The notes: generated from the sequence alone by a model not told the origin. DNA of 61,114 nt, filler included, from an uncultured virus (IMG/VR IMGVR_UViG_2049941000_000596) (23 parts of one record of this genome joined end to end with filler, not necessarily neighbours in it); one strand, 5' to 3'. Counted from the first letter of the whole stretch, positions 30,259 through 40,843 are shown. Made by a program: numbers and translations.

Positions 30259-30642
30259 TTATCCATGGCGCAGCGTCCTCCCAATCTCTGTCTCCAGTTC
30301 TTCAATACCGTCCTGCTCGGCGGGCGCGATATGGACCTTTGCAGCAACCCGGCCGCCGTTGCGCATGGCATGGCCATGTTCCAGCAGATGCGCCAGCATG
30401 TATCGCGTCGGTGAATACACCGTGATCTCCAATGCGGAGGAGCTTTCCTTCGTGGTCTTGGTCCGCCAGCTTTTTGCATAACGCCCAGTACGTTCCGGAG
30501 CTCCCGCCGTGATCTCTTTCTTTACAGTGTTGGCGGCCTTCTTCACCGCTGCCTTCACTCCGTCCGTGGTGGTGTCGGCATAATTGTCCAGTTCCTGCAT
30601 GACTGCATCGGCCAGACCGTCAATGCTTACCCTGCGTCCCAT
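30259..30642 (-). CDS. HK97 gp10-like neck protein
   Basis: APERTGRYAKSW, LAHLLEHGHA..NGGRV....HIAPAE; variant at 29794..30176. Confidence 0.85.
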   Translation of the reverse strand: MGRRVSIDGLADAVMQELDNYADTTTDGVKAAVKKAANTVKKEITAGAPERTGRYAKSWRTKTTKESSSALEITVYSPTRYMLAHLLEHGHAMRNGGRVAAKVHIAPAEQDGIEELETEIGRTLRHG

Positions 30643-31077
30643 AGGATCACCTCTCTGTCAGCTCGGTGTGGAATTTCCGGCTGTTGTGCTTGAAGCCCAT
30701 CTCATCGATGCTCAGAATNNNNNNNNNNNNNNNNNNNNNNNNNNNNNNNNNNNNNNNNNNNNTTAATTAATTAANNNNNNNNNNNNNNNNNNNNNNNNNN
30801 NNNNNNNNNNNNNNNNNNCGCGTTGCCGGGACCGCCGTAAACCTGAGACCAGTTTTCCCGTATGCGCTCCGGATTCTTCAGGACACCCGGATGCTCCAGC
30901 ACGCCGGACGGCTGCGCTCCGTTTTTGAAGAAGGCGCTGCCGTATTTCTCGACCGCGATCGTGGTACCGAGCGAATTCTTCATCATGGCGATCGGCGAAA
31001 AGCCAACCAGCCCATTAAAACCGAGCCCTGGTACATGGAAGATCTCGTCGCGCCGNNNNNNNNNNATAGCGGGGTGG

Positions 31078-31269
31078 TTATTTCCCTGACGCTGGGATTC
31101 CGTTTTTTTTAGATTCGATATCCGTCACCAGATTCGCGCCCCAGAGATCCAGAATCTCCGGCAGCACCTGATAGATGGAGAACATCTCGAATTCATCCAG
31201 CCATTCTTCGATCGTCCCAGGAATGGTGGGATCAGCATGAAAGGCCATGATATAGGCCACGTTTTCGAA
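31078..31269 (-). CDS. Tail assembly chaperone (gpG-like), C-terminal fragment with slippery site
   Basis: ENVAYIMA.HADP, EWLDEFEMFSIYQVLPEILDLWG, SKKN; AAAAAAAAC at 31110..31102. Confidence 0.75.
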   Translation of the reverse strand, partial: FENVAYIMAFHADPTIPGTIEEWLDEFEMFSIYQVLPEILDLWGANLVTDIESKKNGIPASGK

Positions 31270-31280
31270 NNNNNNNNNNT

Positions 31281-32260
31281 GTCAGCGTATGGACCACAAA
31301 ATCGATGCTCTGATGCTCGATGTTCGAAAAAGTGGCGTGCTCCAAATCCTGCACCATATGGGGAGGAACTCGGAAGATCCTGCAGATCTCGTTCACGCCG
31401 AATTGACGTGTGGACAAGAACTGGCTGTCTTCCGGCGGCAGGGAAATTGCTTTATACTGCATCCCCTCCTCCAGCACAGCGACCTTATGCGCGTTGCCGG
31501 GGCCGCCATATACCTGTGACCAGTTTTCCCGGATGCGTTCCGGGTTCTTCAGGACGCCGGGGTGCTCCAGGACGCCAGACGGCTGTGCCCCATTTTTGAA
31601 AAAGGCGCTGCCGTATTTCTCGACCGCGATCGTGGTGCCGAGTGAATTCTTCATCATGGCAATCGGCGAGAAGCCGACCAGCCCGTTAAAGCCTAGCCCT
31701 GGAACATGAAAAATCTCGTCTCGCCGGAACAAGATGTCCTTGTTCTGTTCACCGGGAACCTCATCCGTATAGGCGTGATAGATGTAATAGATATCGCCCT
31801 TTTCATTACGGTCCACCTCTACGTTCTCCGGCAGCAGCGGGTACAGACCGAGGATGGTATTCTTACCATCTCTCACGATCTGCGCGTATGCATTTCCGTA
31901 AAGCAGCAGGTGGGTCATCAGTGTCTCCCGGAAGGAGAAGCTCGTCATCTCGGGATTCGGCTGGCGGTACAGGAGCTTATACAGCGGATGATCCACCGCA
32001 CGCTCTTTGCCGTTCCCGGTTTTATCCGAGTATTTGAACAGGTGCAGCGGAAGCCCAGCGATCGTCTCCGCAAGGAGCCGTACACAGGCGTAGACTGTTG
32101 CGATCTGCATGGCAGATTTCTCATCCACCCGCTCCCCTGCATCAGACTTGCCGAAAATAAAGGTCTGGCCGGAATCGCGGACATTATCCTGTATCTCCGG
32201 TGCCTTGGGAGCATCCCTCGGTCTGGGATGCGGCGTTGTCGCCATAAAGCTGTCGAAGAA
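31281..32260 (-). CDS. HK97-family portal protein (main fragment)
   Basis: VYACVRLLAETIAGLPL, PNPEMTSF.FRE, GLGFNGLVGFSPI, QFLSTRQF, ATFSNIEHQ; other pieces 30819..31055, 32511..32960, 44329..44568. Confidence 0.92.
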
Positions 32261-32360
32261 NNNNNNNNNNNNNNNNNNNNNNNNNNNNNNNNNNNNNNNN
32301 NNNNTTAATTAATTAANNNNNNNNNNNNNNNNNNNNNNNNNNNNNNNNNNNNNNNNNNNN

Positions 32361-32514
32361 GCAGGTCCGAGGCTGGAAGGTCAACTTCCCGGCCGCAGGA
32401 GCACCTGCAATGCCATGTGGAACCGCCGTTTGCACATTTCCTGTACAGCCGCGCGACAGTCAGCTCTCCGAATTGGCAGCCGGTCAGGTCTTGAAAGTCA
32501 CCCATCGCCGTCAC
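32361..32514 (-). CDS. Cys-rich repeat protein of AP2/HNH endonuclease-like type, N-terminal fragment
   Basis: DLTGCQFGELTV...WHCRCSCGREV; overlaps portal stop. Confidence 0.5.
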
Positions 32515-32960
32515 CTCTTCTTTGGCTGCTGCTCTGTCGGAATCCGGTCCTTCCCTGCATCCTGCAGCTTGACATAGCCGCCGTTCAGGTAATAGTCATC
32601 GCCGCCCTTTTCAGGCGGGATCAGGTCCAGATTCTCCAGACGCCTGCAGTCATTGGGAGAAAGAAAGCCGTTGCTGATGCCGGTTGCATAGCCCTGCATA
32701 CGGGATGCGTAGTCGCCGCGGAGAAGGCCGTCCACATTGAACTTCGGGAAATACGTGTCCTGCTCGGCTTCCAGCAGAAGGTCTTTCATGATCGCCTGCT
32801 CGAACCGGACCAGCCACGGCGTCAGCGTATGGACCACAAAGTCGATGCTCTGATGCTCGATGTTCGAAAATGTGGCGTGCTCCAGATCCTGCACCATATG
32901 CGGCGGCACCCGGAAGATCCTGCAGATCTCGTTCACGCCGAATTGACGTGTGGACAGGAA
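32511..32960 (-). CDS. Portal protein C-terminal fragment
   Basis: PKFNVDGLLRGDYASRMQGY, SPNDCRRLENL, GGDDY. Confidence 0.88.
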   Translation of the reverse strand, partial: FLSTRQFGVNEICRIFRVPPHMVQDLEHATFSNIEHQSIDFVVHTLTPWLVRFEQAIMKDLLLEAEQDTYFPKFNVDGLLRGDYASRMQGYATGISNGFLSPNDCRRLENLDLIPPEKGGDDYYLNGGYVKLQDAGKDRIPTEQQPKKR

Positions 32961-33185
32961 NNNNNNNNNNNNNNNNNNNNNNNNNNNNNNNNNNNNNNNN
33001 NNNNTTAATTAATTAANNNNNNNNNNNNNNNNNNNNNNNNNNNNNNNNNNNNNNNNNNNNGGTCTTGGTAAAGTGTGCTTCGAAATCTTCGCGGGTGATC
33101 GCGGTGTTGTAGTCGATCAGGTTGAGGTCGTTTCTGAGTCTGTAAATGTTCTTCATGGTGGTGTTCTCCCTTCGTTTTGTTGTCC

Positions 33186-33283
33186 TATATATCCCTCTAA
33201 AAGTGATAAATAGCAAGTCAATTCTGCCGTTTTCCGAGGAATAATATACACAAAATGTTCAGGGAGAAGCTGTTTAGAATGTA
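33186..33283 (-). promoter_or_regulatory. Repeated operator-promoter unit, copy 3 (+10 bp spacing)
   Basis: TACATTCTAAACA-N18-TGTGTATATTATT-N23-TTGCTA-N12-AGAGGGATATAT. Confidence 0.7.
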
Positions 33284-33325
33284 CAAGAGAAAGGCCCCTT
33301 TCGGAGCCTGCCGGTCGTGCCCGGC

Positions 33326-33799
33326 TTAGAGGCTGAAGCGGATGCCCTGCACTTCGTAGGGCTCTTCCTCGCCCCAGCGGTTTTCCTGCCGGGTAATGGT
33401 GCATAGCCCTTCCAGCCTGCAGCCCTCAGCGGCGAACCGGTGAAGGTTATCCATGACCGCCGTGCTCTGGTTGGTGTAAACAAAGCTGGAGAATCCCGCC
33501 TCCCGCAGGGCTTCGACAAAGTCGTGGACCTCGCCTTCCCAAAGGAAGTCGTCCATCTCGATCTCATCCTCGCTACGGCTCAGGCTGGATTTCCATGCCC
33601 GGAATGCCTTGCTGATGCCCTGGCTGAAGGGGAACTTCGCAGCGGCGTCCTCTTCGTACCAAGCTTTGAGCTCTTCGCTGTCCCAGCCAAGGGTGTCGAT
33701 AATCTGCTTTTTGCGGGCCTGACGCTCAGCTCTGGCTGCTTCGTACTCGCAGCCGATCCGGTAAAGGTTATCGAAATAGGTGTTGGTGGTGTTCATCAT
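33326..33799 (-). CDS. Hypothetical protein (accessory array)
   Basis: 157 aa, MMNTTNTYF...FVEALREAGF..FVYTNQSTAVMDNL; own RBS GGAGG and promoter unit. Confidence 0.7.
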   Translation of the reverse strand: MMNTTNTYFDNLYRIGCEYEAARAERQARKKQIIDTLGWDSEELKAWYEEDAAAKFPFSQGISKAFRAWKSSLSRSEDEIEMDDFLWEGEVHDFVEALREAGFSSFVYTNQSTAVMDNLHRFAAEGCRLEGLCTITRQENRWGEEEPYEVQGIRFSL

Positions 33800-33844
33800 G
33801 GTGATGGCCTCCTGAAAAAGTGTAGTTTGCCTTTCGGCATGTAC

Positions 33845-33931
33845 ATATATCACTCTGAAAGGCCATAATAGCAAGTTATATCGACACCATAATCTGCACA
33901 AATATAGGCACGGGAAGCTGGTACAAATAGA
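33845..33931 (-). promoter_or_regulatory. Repeated operator-promoter unit, copy 4
   Basis: TCTATTTGTACCA-N18-TGTGCAGATTATG-N13-TTGCTA-N12-AGAGTGATATAT. Confidence 0.72.
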
Positions 33932-34011
33932 CGAGAAAAAAGCAGGCCCCATGCCTGCGCCATAACGAGGAACACAGCCTCCCGGCTGCATTCCCTCGGT
34001 GTTCTGTTGAA

Positions 34012-34218
34012 TCAGCCCCGGCCGACGTTCGCCTTGACCTTGTTGGCCCGCTCCATCGCCTGCCGCAGCAGTCCCCGGATCTCCTTCATGGCCTCCACAT
34101 CGTCCGGCGTTGCTCCGACCGGATCGTACCGGATCTGCTCAAGGGCATCGTAAATGTCCGCTGCGGTGGAAAGCACATCGTCCGTCAGGGTGTAAACCCG
34201 CTCTTCAATCTGGTTCAT
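34012..34218 (-). CDS. Small hypothetical protein (accessory array)
   Basis: MNQIEERVYTLTDDVLS...; homologue of 23723..23929. Confidence 0.65.
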   Translation of the reverse strand: MNQIEERVYTLTDDVLSTAADIYDALEQIRYDPVGATPDDVEAMKEIRGLLRQAMERANKVKANVGRG

Positions 34219-34347
34219 GCTCAATCCTCCGTGTGGGCCATCGCCCAAGCCATCGCATGTCCGTCGTCTTCAAAGGCAACCTCGCTGGCGGATCTCAGCC
34301 CGATCGTGCCNNNNNNNNNNCAAGGAGCCGGAAGGCTCTCTTGGTCG

Positions 34348-34435
34348 TACATTCTGAACAGTTCACGGCGCTGATCTTTGTACATATTATGCTTCCGAAT
34401 TGACTTGATAATATCTCGGTTTAGAGGGATATATA
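34348..34435 (+). promoter_or_regulatory. Repeated operator-promoter unit, copy 5
   Basis: TACATTCTGAACA-N18-TGTACATATTATG-N13-TTGATA-N12-AGAGGGATATAT. Confidence 0.75.
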
Positions 34436-34463
34436 GGTCACCAAAACAAAGGAGGCAAACGCC

Positions 34464-34646
34464 ATGACAATCAACGACGCGATGAGAACCTACAGACTTC
34501 CGAACCCCACCACCCCGGAGGATCTGGAGTGCCGGTGGAGCAAGGTCCTGAACTTCGGAGACAAGGTGCTCCTGGCCGGGTATTACTACAACGGGAAGAA
34601 CAAGCCCTGCTACTTCGGCGCGGTTTACGAGCACCTGGACGACGAC
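34464..34646 (+). CDS. Small hypothetical protein, N-terminal part (accessory array)
   Basis: MTINDAMRTYRLPNPTTPEDLECRWSKVLNFGDK; RBS AAGGAGG. Confidence 0.65.
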
Positions 34647-34934
34647 NNNNNNNNNNNNNNNNNNNNNNNNNNNNNNNNNNNNNNNNNNNNTTAATTAATT
34701 AANNNNNNNNNNNNNNNNNNNNNNNNNNNNNNNNNNNNNNNNNNNNAAGCTGCTTCGCAATCTGTCGGTAGCCGATCCCTTGAGACCGGAGCTGCCGAAT
34801 CTGTTCTTCTTGCAGTACAGTTACCACGTTTTCTCCTTCCTGATCATAATAATTGCGCAAAAGCGGGGTATGCCATTGGCATCATGGTTTTCTGTCTAAC
34901 CAGCATCCCACAACCATTTCACGTAGGTGTCAAG

Positions 34935-35035
34935 CAATACCCCTTTACAATTTCGCGAAAATCAACGCGAGAGGGGGCGGCGGTCCCTTGGGCCAAGGGC
35001 TTTAGAGGTTTTGACCCGCCCCCGGTGGGGTAAAA
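34935..35035 (-). other. Candidate cos/packaging-initiation region
   Basis: Non-coding GC-rich tracts just downstream of HNH; the part GACCGCCGCCCC...TTTCGCGAAA is conserved in the second variant 35641..35699; position is that of cos in HK97-like phages (inference). Confidence 0.4.
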
Positions 35036-35052
35036 ATCGACACGATTTGACA

Positions 35053-35337
35053 TTAAAAATGGTACTCCGGATGCATGTCCTGAGTACGGGTCTTGATGCT
35101 GTGATGGCGATGGCAAAGGGCCTGCCAGTTACCCCTGTCCCAAAAGAGAACAGGGTCACCGCGGTGCGGCACGATGTGGTCAACATCGGTGGCCTGCACG
35201 TACTTCCCTTCTTTCATGCACTCCACGCAGAGCGGGTGCGCTTCGAGGTAATGCTTCCGGGCTCTGCGCCATGCTGCACCGTACCCACGGTTGGCTGCGC
35301 TGGGACGGTCACCGCTGTGGACAAGCGCGTGCTCTTC
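35053..35337 (-). CDS. HNH endonuclease (packaging-associated), C-terminal part
   Basis: HPLCVEC, VDHIVPHRGD, NWQALCHRHHSIKT; N-terminal variant 35710..35910. Confidence 0.9.
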   Translation of the reverse strand, partial: EEHALVHSGDRPSAANRGYGAAWRRARKHYLEAHPLCVECMKEGKYVQATDVDHIVPHRGDPVLFWDRGNWQALCHRHHSIKTRTQDMHPEYHF

Positions 35338-35348
35338 NNNNNNNNNNC

Positions 35349-35542
35349 CTGCACATGCAGCCATTCTCCTGCATCATCTGCATATTGGCCGCGACTGCAT
35401 CCTTGTATCCGTTCAGGTTATACTTTTTGCAGTAGTTCCGGACATCGTCACGGCTCAGGTCGAGCTGCTTCGCAATCTGTCGGTAGCCGATCCCTTGAGA
35501 CCGGAGCTGCCGGATCTGTTCTTCTTGCAGTACAGTTACCAC
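35349..35542 (-). CDS. HTH + Cys-rich regulator (sigma70-like annotated family), N-terminal fragment
   Basis: QIRQLRSQGIGYRQIAKQLDLSRDDVRNYCKK; RBS AAGGAG; variant at 34747..34830. Confidence 0.6.
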
Positions 35543-35913
35543 GTTTTCTCCTTTCAGCCCTAATGATTGCGCGAAAGCAGGGTAAGCCAAACACGGCAGC
35601 GCCTGCTGAATAGCCAGCGAGCTATTGGCATTTCGCGCAGGTGTCAAGTAATACCCCTTTACAATTTCGCGAAAATCAACGCGAGAGGGGGCGGCGGTCN
35701 NNNNNNNNNCTTCATGCACTCCACACAGAGCGGGTGCGCTTCGAGGTACTGCTTCCTGGCTCTCCGCCATGCTGCTCCGTACCCTCGGTTGGCTGCGCTG
35801 GGACGGTCACCGCTGTGGACAAGCGCGTGCTCTTCACAGTATTGCTTCCCGTAAGGAACAAGCCGAGGGCAGCCGGGATGCTTGCAGGGTGTGTCTGGTC
35901 GGCGCGGCATACG

Positions 35914-36864
35914 TCACATCTCCCAGGGCAGGCCCTGCTTACCGAAGTGGCCGTAGCTGGAGACCTTGTTGTAGTCCACTCGGTCGAGGCCCAGGTGCAT
36001 GCAAATGCCACGCGGAGTGAGATCATAACCATTGCGGACGCAGTTCTCGATGAACTCCTCGGTTTTCCGGTTCGTGCCGAAGCAATCCACATGGATGGAA
36101 ACCGGCTCCGGAATTCCGATCGCATACGCGGCCTGCAGTTCCACCTTCTCGGCGAAACCAGCATGCACCAGGTCCCGCGCGATCTGCCGCAGCATGTAGG
36201 CAGCGCTGCGGTCAACCTTGCTCGGGTCTTTCCCGGAGAAAGCACCTCCGCCAACATGGGCAAGGGAGCCGTAAGAATCGCAGCAGATCTTCCTGCCGGT
36301 CACACCGCAGTCAGCAAAGCTGCCGCCGATGACGAATCTGCCGGTCGGATTGACCAGTTTCAGGAAGTCGCCGCCAAGCATATACTCGTCTGCGGTCTCA
36401 ACCATGAGCTCCTCGAGAATCGGCCGAAACTCCTCGATCTCAACATCCGGGCTGTGCTGCACGCTGCAGAGGAAGGCGGTAATCTCGCCGGTATCGTAAT
36501 CGAAGGAGACCTGGCTCTTGGCGTCTGCTTTGAAGATCGTGTATGGGAGCTTTCTCAGCTTCTGCAGGAAACGAGTCGCCACCGCAAACGGAATCGGCAG
36601 CATCTCCGGCGTTTCCAGACTGGCGTAGCCGAACATGACGCCTTGGTCCCCTGCTCCGCCGGTATCAACGCCCATAGCGATATCCGGGGACTGCTTCTTC
36701 ACCAGCACCTGAATATCCATGTCGGGCGGATAGCCGAGGCGTTCCCTGCCGATCCTGTCAAAGACCTGATCGACCAGCGCCTTGTAATCCGGCTCATGCT
36801 TACTGGTAAGCTCACCGGCAATAATCAGGTGATTATCCTTCAGGAGGCACTCCACCGCAACACG
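35914..36864 (-). CDS. metK: S-adenosylmethionine synthetase (main fragment)
   Basis: QSPDIAMGV, GAGDQGVMFGY, DAKSQV, NPTGRFVIGG, GVTGRKI, GGGAFSGKDPSKVDRSAAY, YGHFG; N-terminus [12 protein letters not shown] at 46838..47040. Confidence 0.93.
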   Translation of the reverse strand, partial: RVAVECLLKDNHLIIAGELTSKHEPDYKALVDQVFDRIGRERLGYPPDMDIQVLVKKQSPDIAMGVDTGGAGDQGVMFGYASLETPEMLPIPFAVATRFLQKLRKLPYTIFKADAKSQVSFDYDTGEITAFLCSVQHSPDVEIEEFRPILEELMVETADEYMLGGDFLKLVNPTGRFVIGGSFADCGVTGRKICCDSYGSLAHVGGGAFSGKDPSKVDRSAAYMLRQIARDLVHAGFAEKVELQAAYAIGIPEPVSIHVDCFGTNRKTEEFIENCVRNGYDLTPRGICMHLGLDRVDYNKVSSYGHFGKQGLPWEM

Positions 36865-37237
36865 NNNNNNNNNNTGGAATCGGCAGCATCTCCGGCGTTT
36901 CCAGACTGGCGTAGCCAAACATGACGCCTTGGTCCCCAGCTCCGCCGGTATCAACGCCCATAGCGATATCCGGGGACTGTTTCTTCACCAGCACCTGAAT
37001 ATCCATGTCAGGCGGGTAGCCGAGGCGTTCTCTGCCGATCCTGTCAAATACCTGATCGACCAGAGCCTTGTAATCCGGCTCATGCTGGCTGGTAAGCTCC
37101 CCGGCAATAATCAGGTGATTATCCTTCAGGAGGCACTNNNNNNNNNNNNNNNNNNNNNNNNNNNNNNNNNNNNNNNNNNNNTTAATTAATTAANNNNNNN
37201 NNNNNNNNNNNNNNNNNNNNNNNNNNNNNNNNNNNNN

Positions 37238-38046
37238 ACCGGCCCACAGATCAGCAAAGAGCTCCGTATTGCCCGTGGTGTTGGCCTTTTCCAAGATCTC
37301 CTCGTCACTGAGCTTCTCGACGGCACCGCGCTTTTTCTTGCGCTTCTTCTCAGCTTTCTTGGGCGTGATAAAGGTCTCNNNNNNNNNNGATACCGAGCGC
37401 CTTGACGCCGGTCTTCCGATCCCAATCGAGGCTGGCCACATGGATCTTCAGGAGCTCCAGATCGCCGTCGCCGCCGAAGTATGCCAGCGCGATGGTGCGT
37501 TTGGTCAAAAGGTTTTTGAACTTCTGCGTATTGGAGAAATCTGATGTCATGAAGGTCAGCCGGAAGGTCTCCCCGCCTGCCGTCACCAGATCCGCNNNNN
37601 NNNNNCGCCCACGCCAGAATCGAGACGGTTTTCTCCGGGGTGTTGTAGTCAAGGAGATATGTGCCAANNNNNNNNNNGGCCCACGCCATAATCGAGACGG
37701 TTTTCTCCGGGGTGTTGTAGTCAAGGAGATATGTGCCAAGGTCTCGCAGCTGCTCTGCGCCGAGAGTCTCCGTATTGAGGATTCCGCTCTGGATACCGAC
37801 GTACTTCTCAAGCTGCACGATATCCAAGACCTCCGTGCCGCCCGCTTCGATGGAGCCGACCGAGGAGGCATACACCGCCCTGCCAGCATGCTCGTAAATG
37901 CCGAGCGCCTTGACGCCGGTCTTCCGATCCCAGTCGAGGCTGGCCACATGGATTTTCAGGAGCTCCAGGTCCCCGTCGCCGCCGAAGTACGCCAGCGCGA
38001 TGGTGCGCTTAGTCAAAAGGTTTTTGAATTTCTGCGTATTGGAGAA
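37238..38046 (-). CDS. Primase-helicase, central fragments
   Basis: Continues the ADLVT junction of 41995..42237; several variants. Confidence 0.55.
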
Positions 38047-38056
38047 NNNNNNNNNN

Positions 38057-38842
38057 GTCCCGGAACAGGCCGGAGGATCTGAAGATCCTGTCCATCTGCG
38101 CTTTGTCTTTCCCGGACCAGAATGCCAGCTTCATCGCCAGCGCCATATCCGCTTCCGACTGCGAGGGGTAATGCTCCTGCCAGTTTCCGGCCCACAGATC
38201 AGCAAAGAGCTCCGTATTACCCGTGGTGTTTGCCTTTTCGAGAATCTCCTCGTCACTGAGCTTCTCCGCTGCACCACGCTTTTTCTTGCGCTTCTTCTCA
38301 GCTTTCTTGGGCGTGATAAAGGTCTCCTGAATCCACGTCAGTGTATCCGGCAGGGCCTCGGCCACAGAATCCATGCAGCCGGGTATCGGCTTCTCCGTCA
38401 CCGTGAAATACCGGGTCCGGTCATACATCTCAACGCCGGACTTGGTGTTCTTGCTGCTGCCCTTCGGCTTGGTCCCTTTGAACCACAGGTGAATCCCATC
38501 GCCGGAGGGCGAGAACTCCATGTATGTCGGCTGCCGCGCCATGATCGTCTGCGCGGTCTCATTGAAAGCACCGGTTTCCGGATCATAGCAGTGGTCCACA
38601 TCGACGCCGACGTATCCGTCCTCCGGGAGAAACATGAAGCCGATGCCGTTGTAGCCATATTGGTCAGCGGCTGCGCGGGCGGTCTCGTAATCACACCATG
38701 AGGCCGGGTTGTTGGACTGCGCGTTTTTCCCGTTCACAGCATTGATGGGCACCTTCTTCGGCTTCCCGCCGTCTTCGACCGGTACCAGGCGGTAGCCAAC
38801 CCAGCGCCGGAGCTTTTTCAGTTCTTCAGGAAAACCTTTCAT
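38057..38842 (-). CDS. Primase-polymerase (NrS-1-like) N-terminal domain
   Basis: FPEELKKLRRWV, KKVPIN, GIGFM, GVDVDHC, EFSPSGDGIH, VEMYD..RYFTVT, SQSEADMAL...LAFW, SGLFRD. Confidence 0.85.
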
Positions 38843-39025
38843 GACGAGACCTCCATCATCTGCTGATCAAAGCGGCGGATCTTCTTCCGGAGCCGCTTTG
38901 CCTCCTGCATCTCCTGCTCCATCCCNNNNNNNNNNNNNNNNNNNNNNNNNNNNNNNNNNNNNNNNNNNNTTAATTAATTAANNNNNNNNNNNNNNNNNNN
39001 NNNNNNNNNNNNNNNNNNNNNNNNN

Positions 39026-39372
39026 GTTTCCGCTTCCCCGCTCTCTGCGATCTGCTCTTTGCAGAAGGAGCTGAGTGTATTGGCGTTCACGTTCTCGGTA
39101 ATCAGGTCACCGTAGCCGTGCGCACGGAGTGCAGCAAACAGGTCCTCTTTCCGACCGGCCTGCGGCGAAGCAAAGAGTCTGCTTTTCAGGTAGAAGGTCA
39201 TCCCGCTGTGGCTGAACTTCGGAACCTCGGCCTCGGCCATCTGATCGGAGAGCGCCTTATCCGTCGCATCGATCTCCGCGGTCAGCGCCTTCAGCTCATC
39301 CTCCAGCTCTGCCTTCCGGTCCCGGAGCTGACGCAGCTTGTCTGCCAGCAAGAAAATCTGGTCATTGCCCAT
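39026..39372 (-). CDS. Conserved phage replication-module hypothetical protein
   Basis: Coiled-coil N-terminus, ENVNANTLSSF; directly after SNF2 gene. Confidence 0.65.
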
Positions 39373-39387
39373 CTTGTTTCCCTCCCC

Positions 39388-40843
39388 TCATTCGAACGGG
39401 TTTATGCCCACTCGGTAATCGTCAATCAGCGCCCGGGCCAGATCCTGCTTGTTCTGCAGGGCGTTTATCACCTTGCCGTCGACCGTGTTGCGGGCACATA
39501 GATAGATGTAGGTGCACGCGTTCCGCTGGCCGACACGGTGAATACGGGCCATCGCCTGGGTGTGATTGGCCATGCTGTAATCCAAGGAGAAGAACACCAT
39601 GGTCGACGCCGCGGTCAGGGTGATGCCGACGCCAGCNNNNNNNNNNNNNNNNNNNNNNNNNNNNNNNNNNNNNNNNNNNNNNNNNNNNNNNNNNNNNNNN
39701 NNNNNNNNNNNNNNNNNNNNNNNNNNNNNNNNNNNNNNNNNNNNNNNNNNNNNNNNNNNNNNNNNNNNNNNNNNNNNNNNNNNNNNNNNNNNNNNNNGGT
39801 CAGAATATTGGCCGCAGTCACTTCGCTGTTCAGGATTTCGGCATAGCTGTCATTGCGCAGCTGCGTATAAAGCTTCATGGCCTCCGGCTCCAGGTCGACG
39901 TTTCGGATTTCCTCGGTTACTTCCGGCAGGTCTAGGGCCTCGGCCTTTGTGATGCGGTAGGTGATGCTGTGCATCAAGCTGAGGAACTCGCCGCCGGTCT
40001 CCTTTCGGAAATACGGCACATGCTGCTCGAAGCCACCCATCCAGAAATACCGGTTCCGGAAGCGGTAGAAGCTCTTTCCAAAAATGTCCGGGTTCATGAA
40101 GCGGAATTGAGACCACACGTCGATCTCGGAGCCGGTGATCAGGGTGCCGGTCAGCCCGAGCTTGTACCGGGCTTTGTCNNNNNNNNNNATTGCAGAATCC
40201 AAGATGTCCCCCAGCGCGTCGAGCTTGGCCGTGGATACGCAGCGCGTCCTCCCGTCGTCGTCAGTGATATGCCCCCCGCAGATCTGCGATAGCCGCAGCA
40301 GCCGGGTCAGGATATTGGCCGCGGTCACTTCGCTGTTCAGGATCTCGGCATAGCTGTCATTGCGCAGCTGCGTATAGAGCTTCATGGCCTCCGGCTCCAG
40401 GTCGACGTTTCGGATCTCCTCAGTGACTTCCGGCAGGTCCAGCGCCTCCGCCTTCGTGACGCGGTAGGTTATGCTGTGCATCAGGCTCAGGAACTCGCCG
40501 CCGGTCTCCTTGCGGAAATACGGCACATGCTGCTCGAAGCCGCCCATCCAGAAATACCGGTTCCGGAAGCGATAGAAGCTCTTTCCGAAAATGTCCGGGT
40601 TCATGAAGCGGAATTGAGACCACACATCGATCTCCGAGCCGGTGATCAGGGTGCCGGTCAGCCCGAGCTTATACCGGGCTTTGTCGCCCAGCTCATGCAT
40701 GCCCTTGCTCTGCGCCGTCTGTCCGTCCTTGGTCTTGTGCAGCTCGTCCCCGATTATCATGTCAGCGTTGTAGGCCAGAAGCTCCGGTTTCAGTCGCCAT
40801 GCCGATTCATAATTGATGACCTTGATATCCAGCCGGTCGGCAG
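39388..40843 (-). CDS. SNF2-family helicase, fragments of two variants
   Basis: VINYES, GDELH, LGLTGT, LLRLSQICGG, GVGITLTAA, QAMARIHRVGQ. Confidence 0.88.

Noticed and set aside
23714..34646. Repeated units as a CRISPR array
   Set aside because: The units are ~90 bp, degenerate and separated by whole genes; no cas genes
34321..34646. Plus-strand orientation of this module as a real DNA inversion
   Set aside because: It is bounded by N spacers, so orientation may be an assembly choice; the same applies to 41995..42237 and 51688..51890
35641..36924. 427-aa plus-strand ORF
   Set aside because: Antisense shadow of metK and HNH
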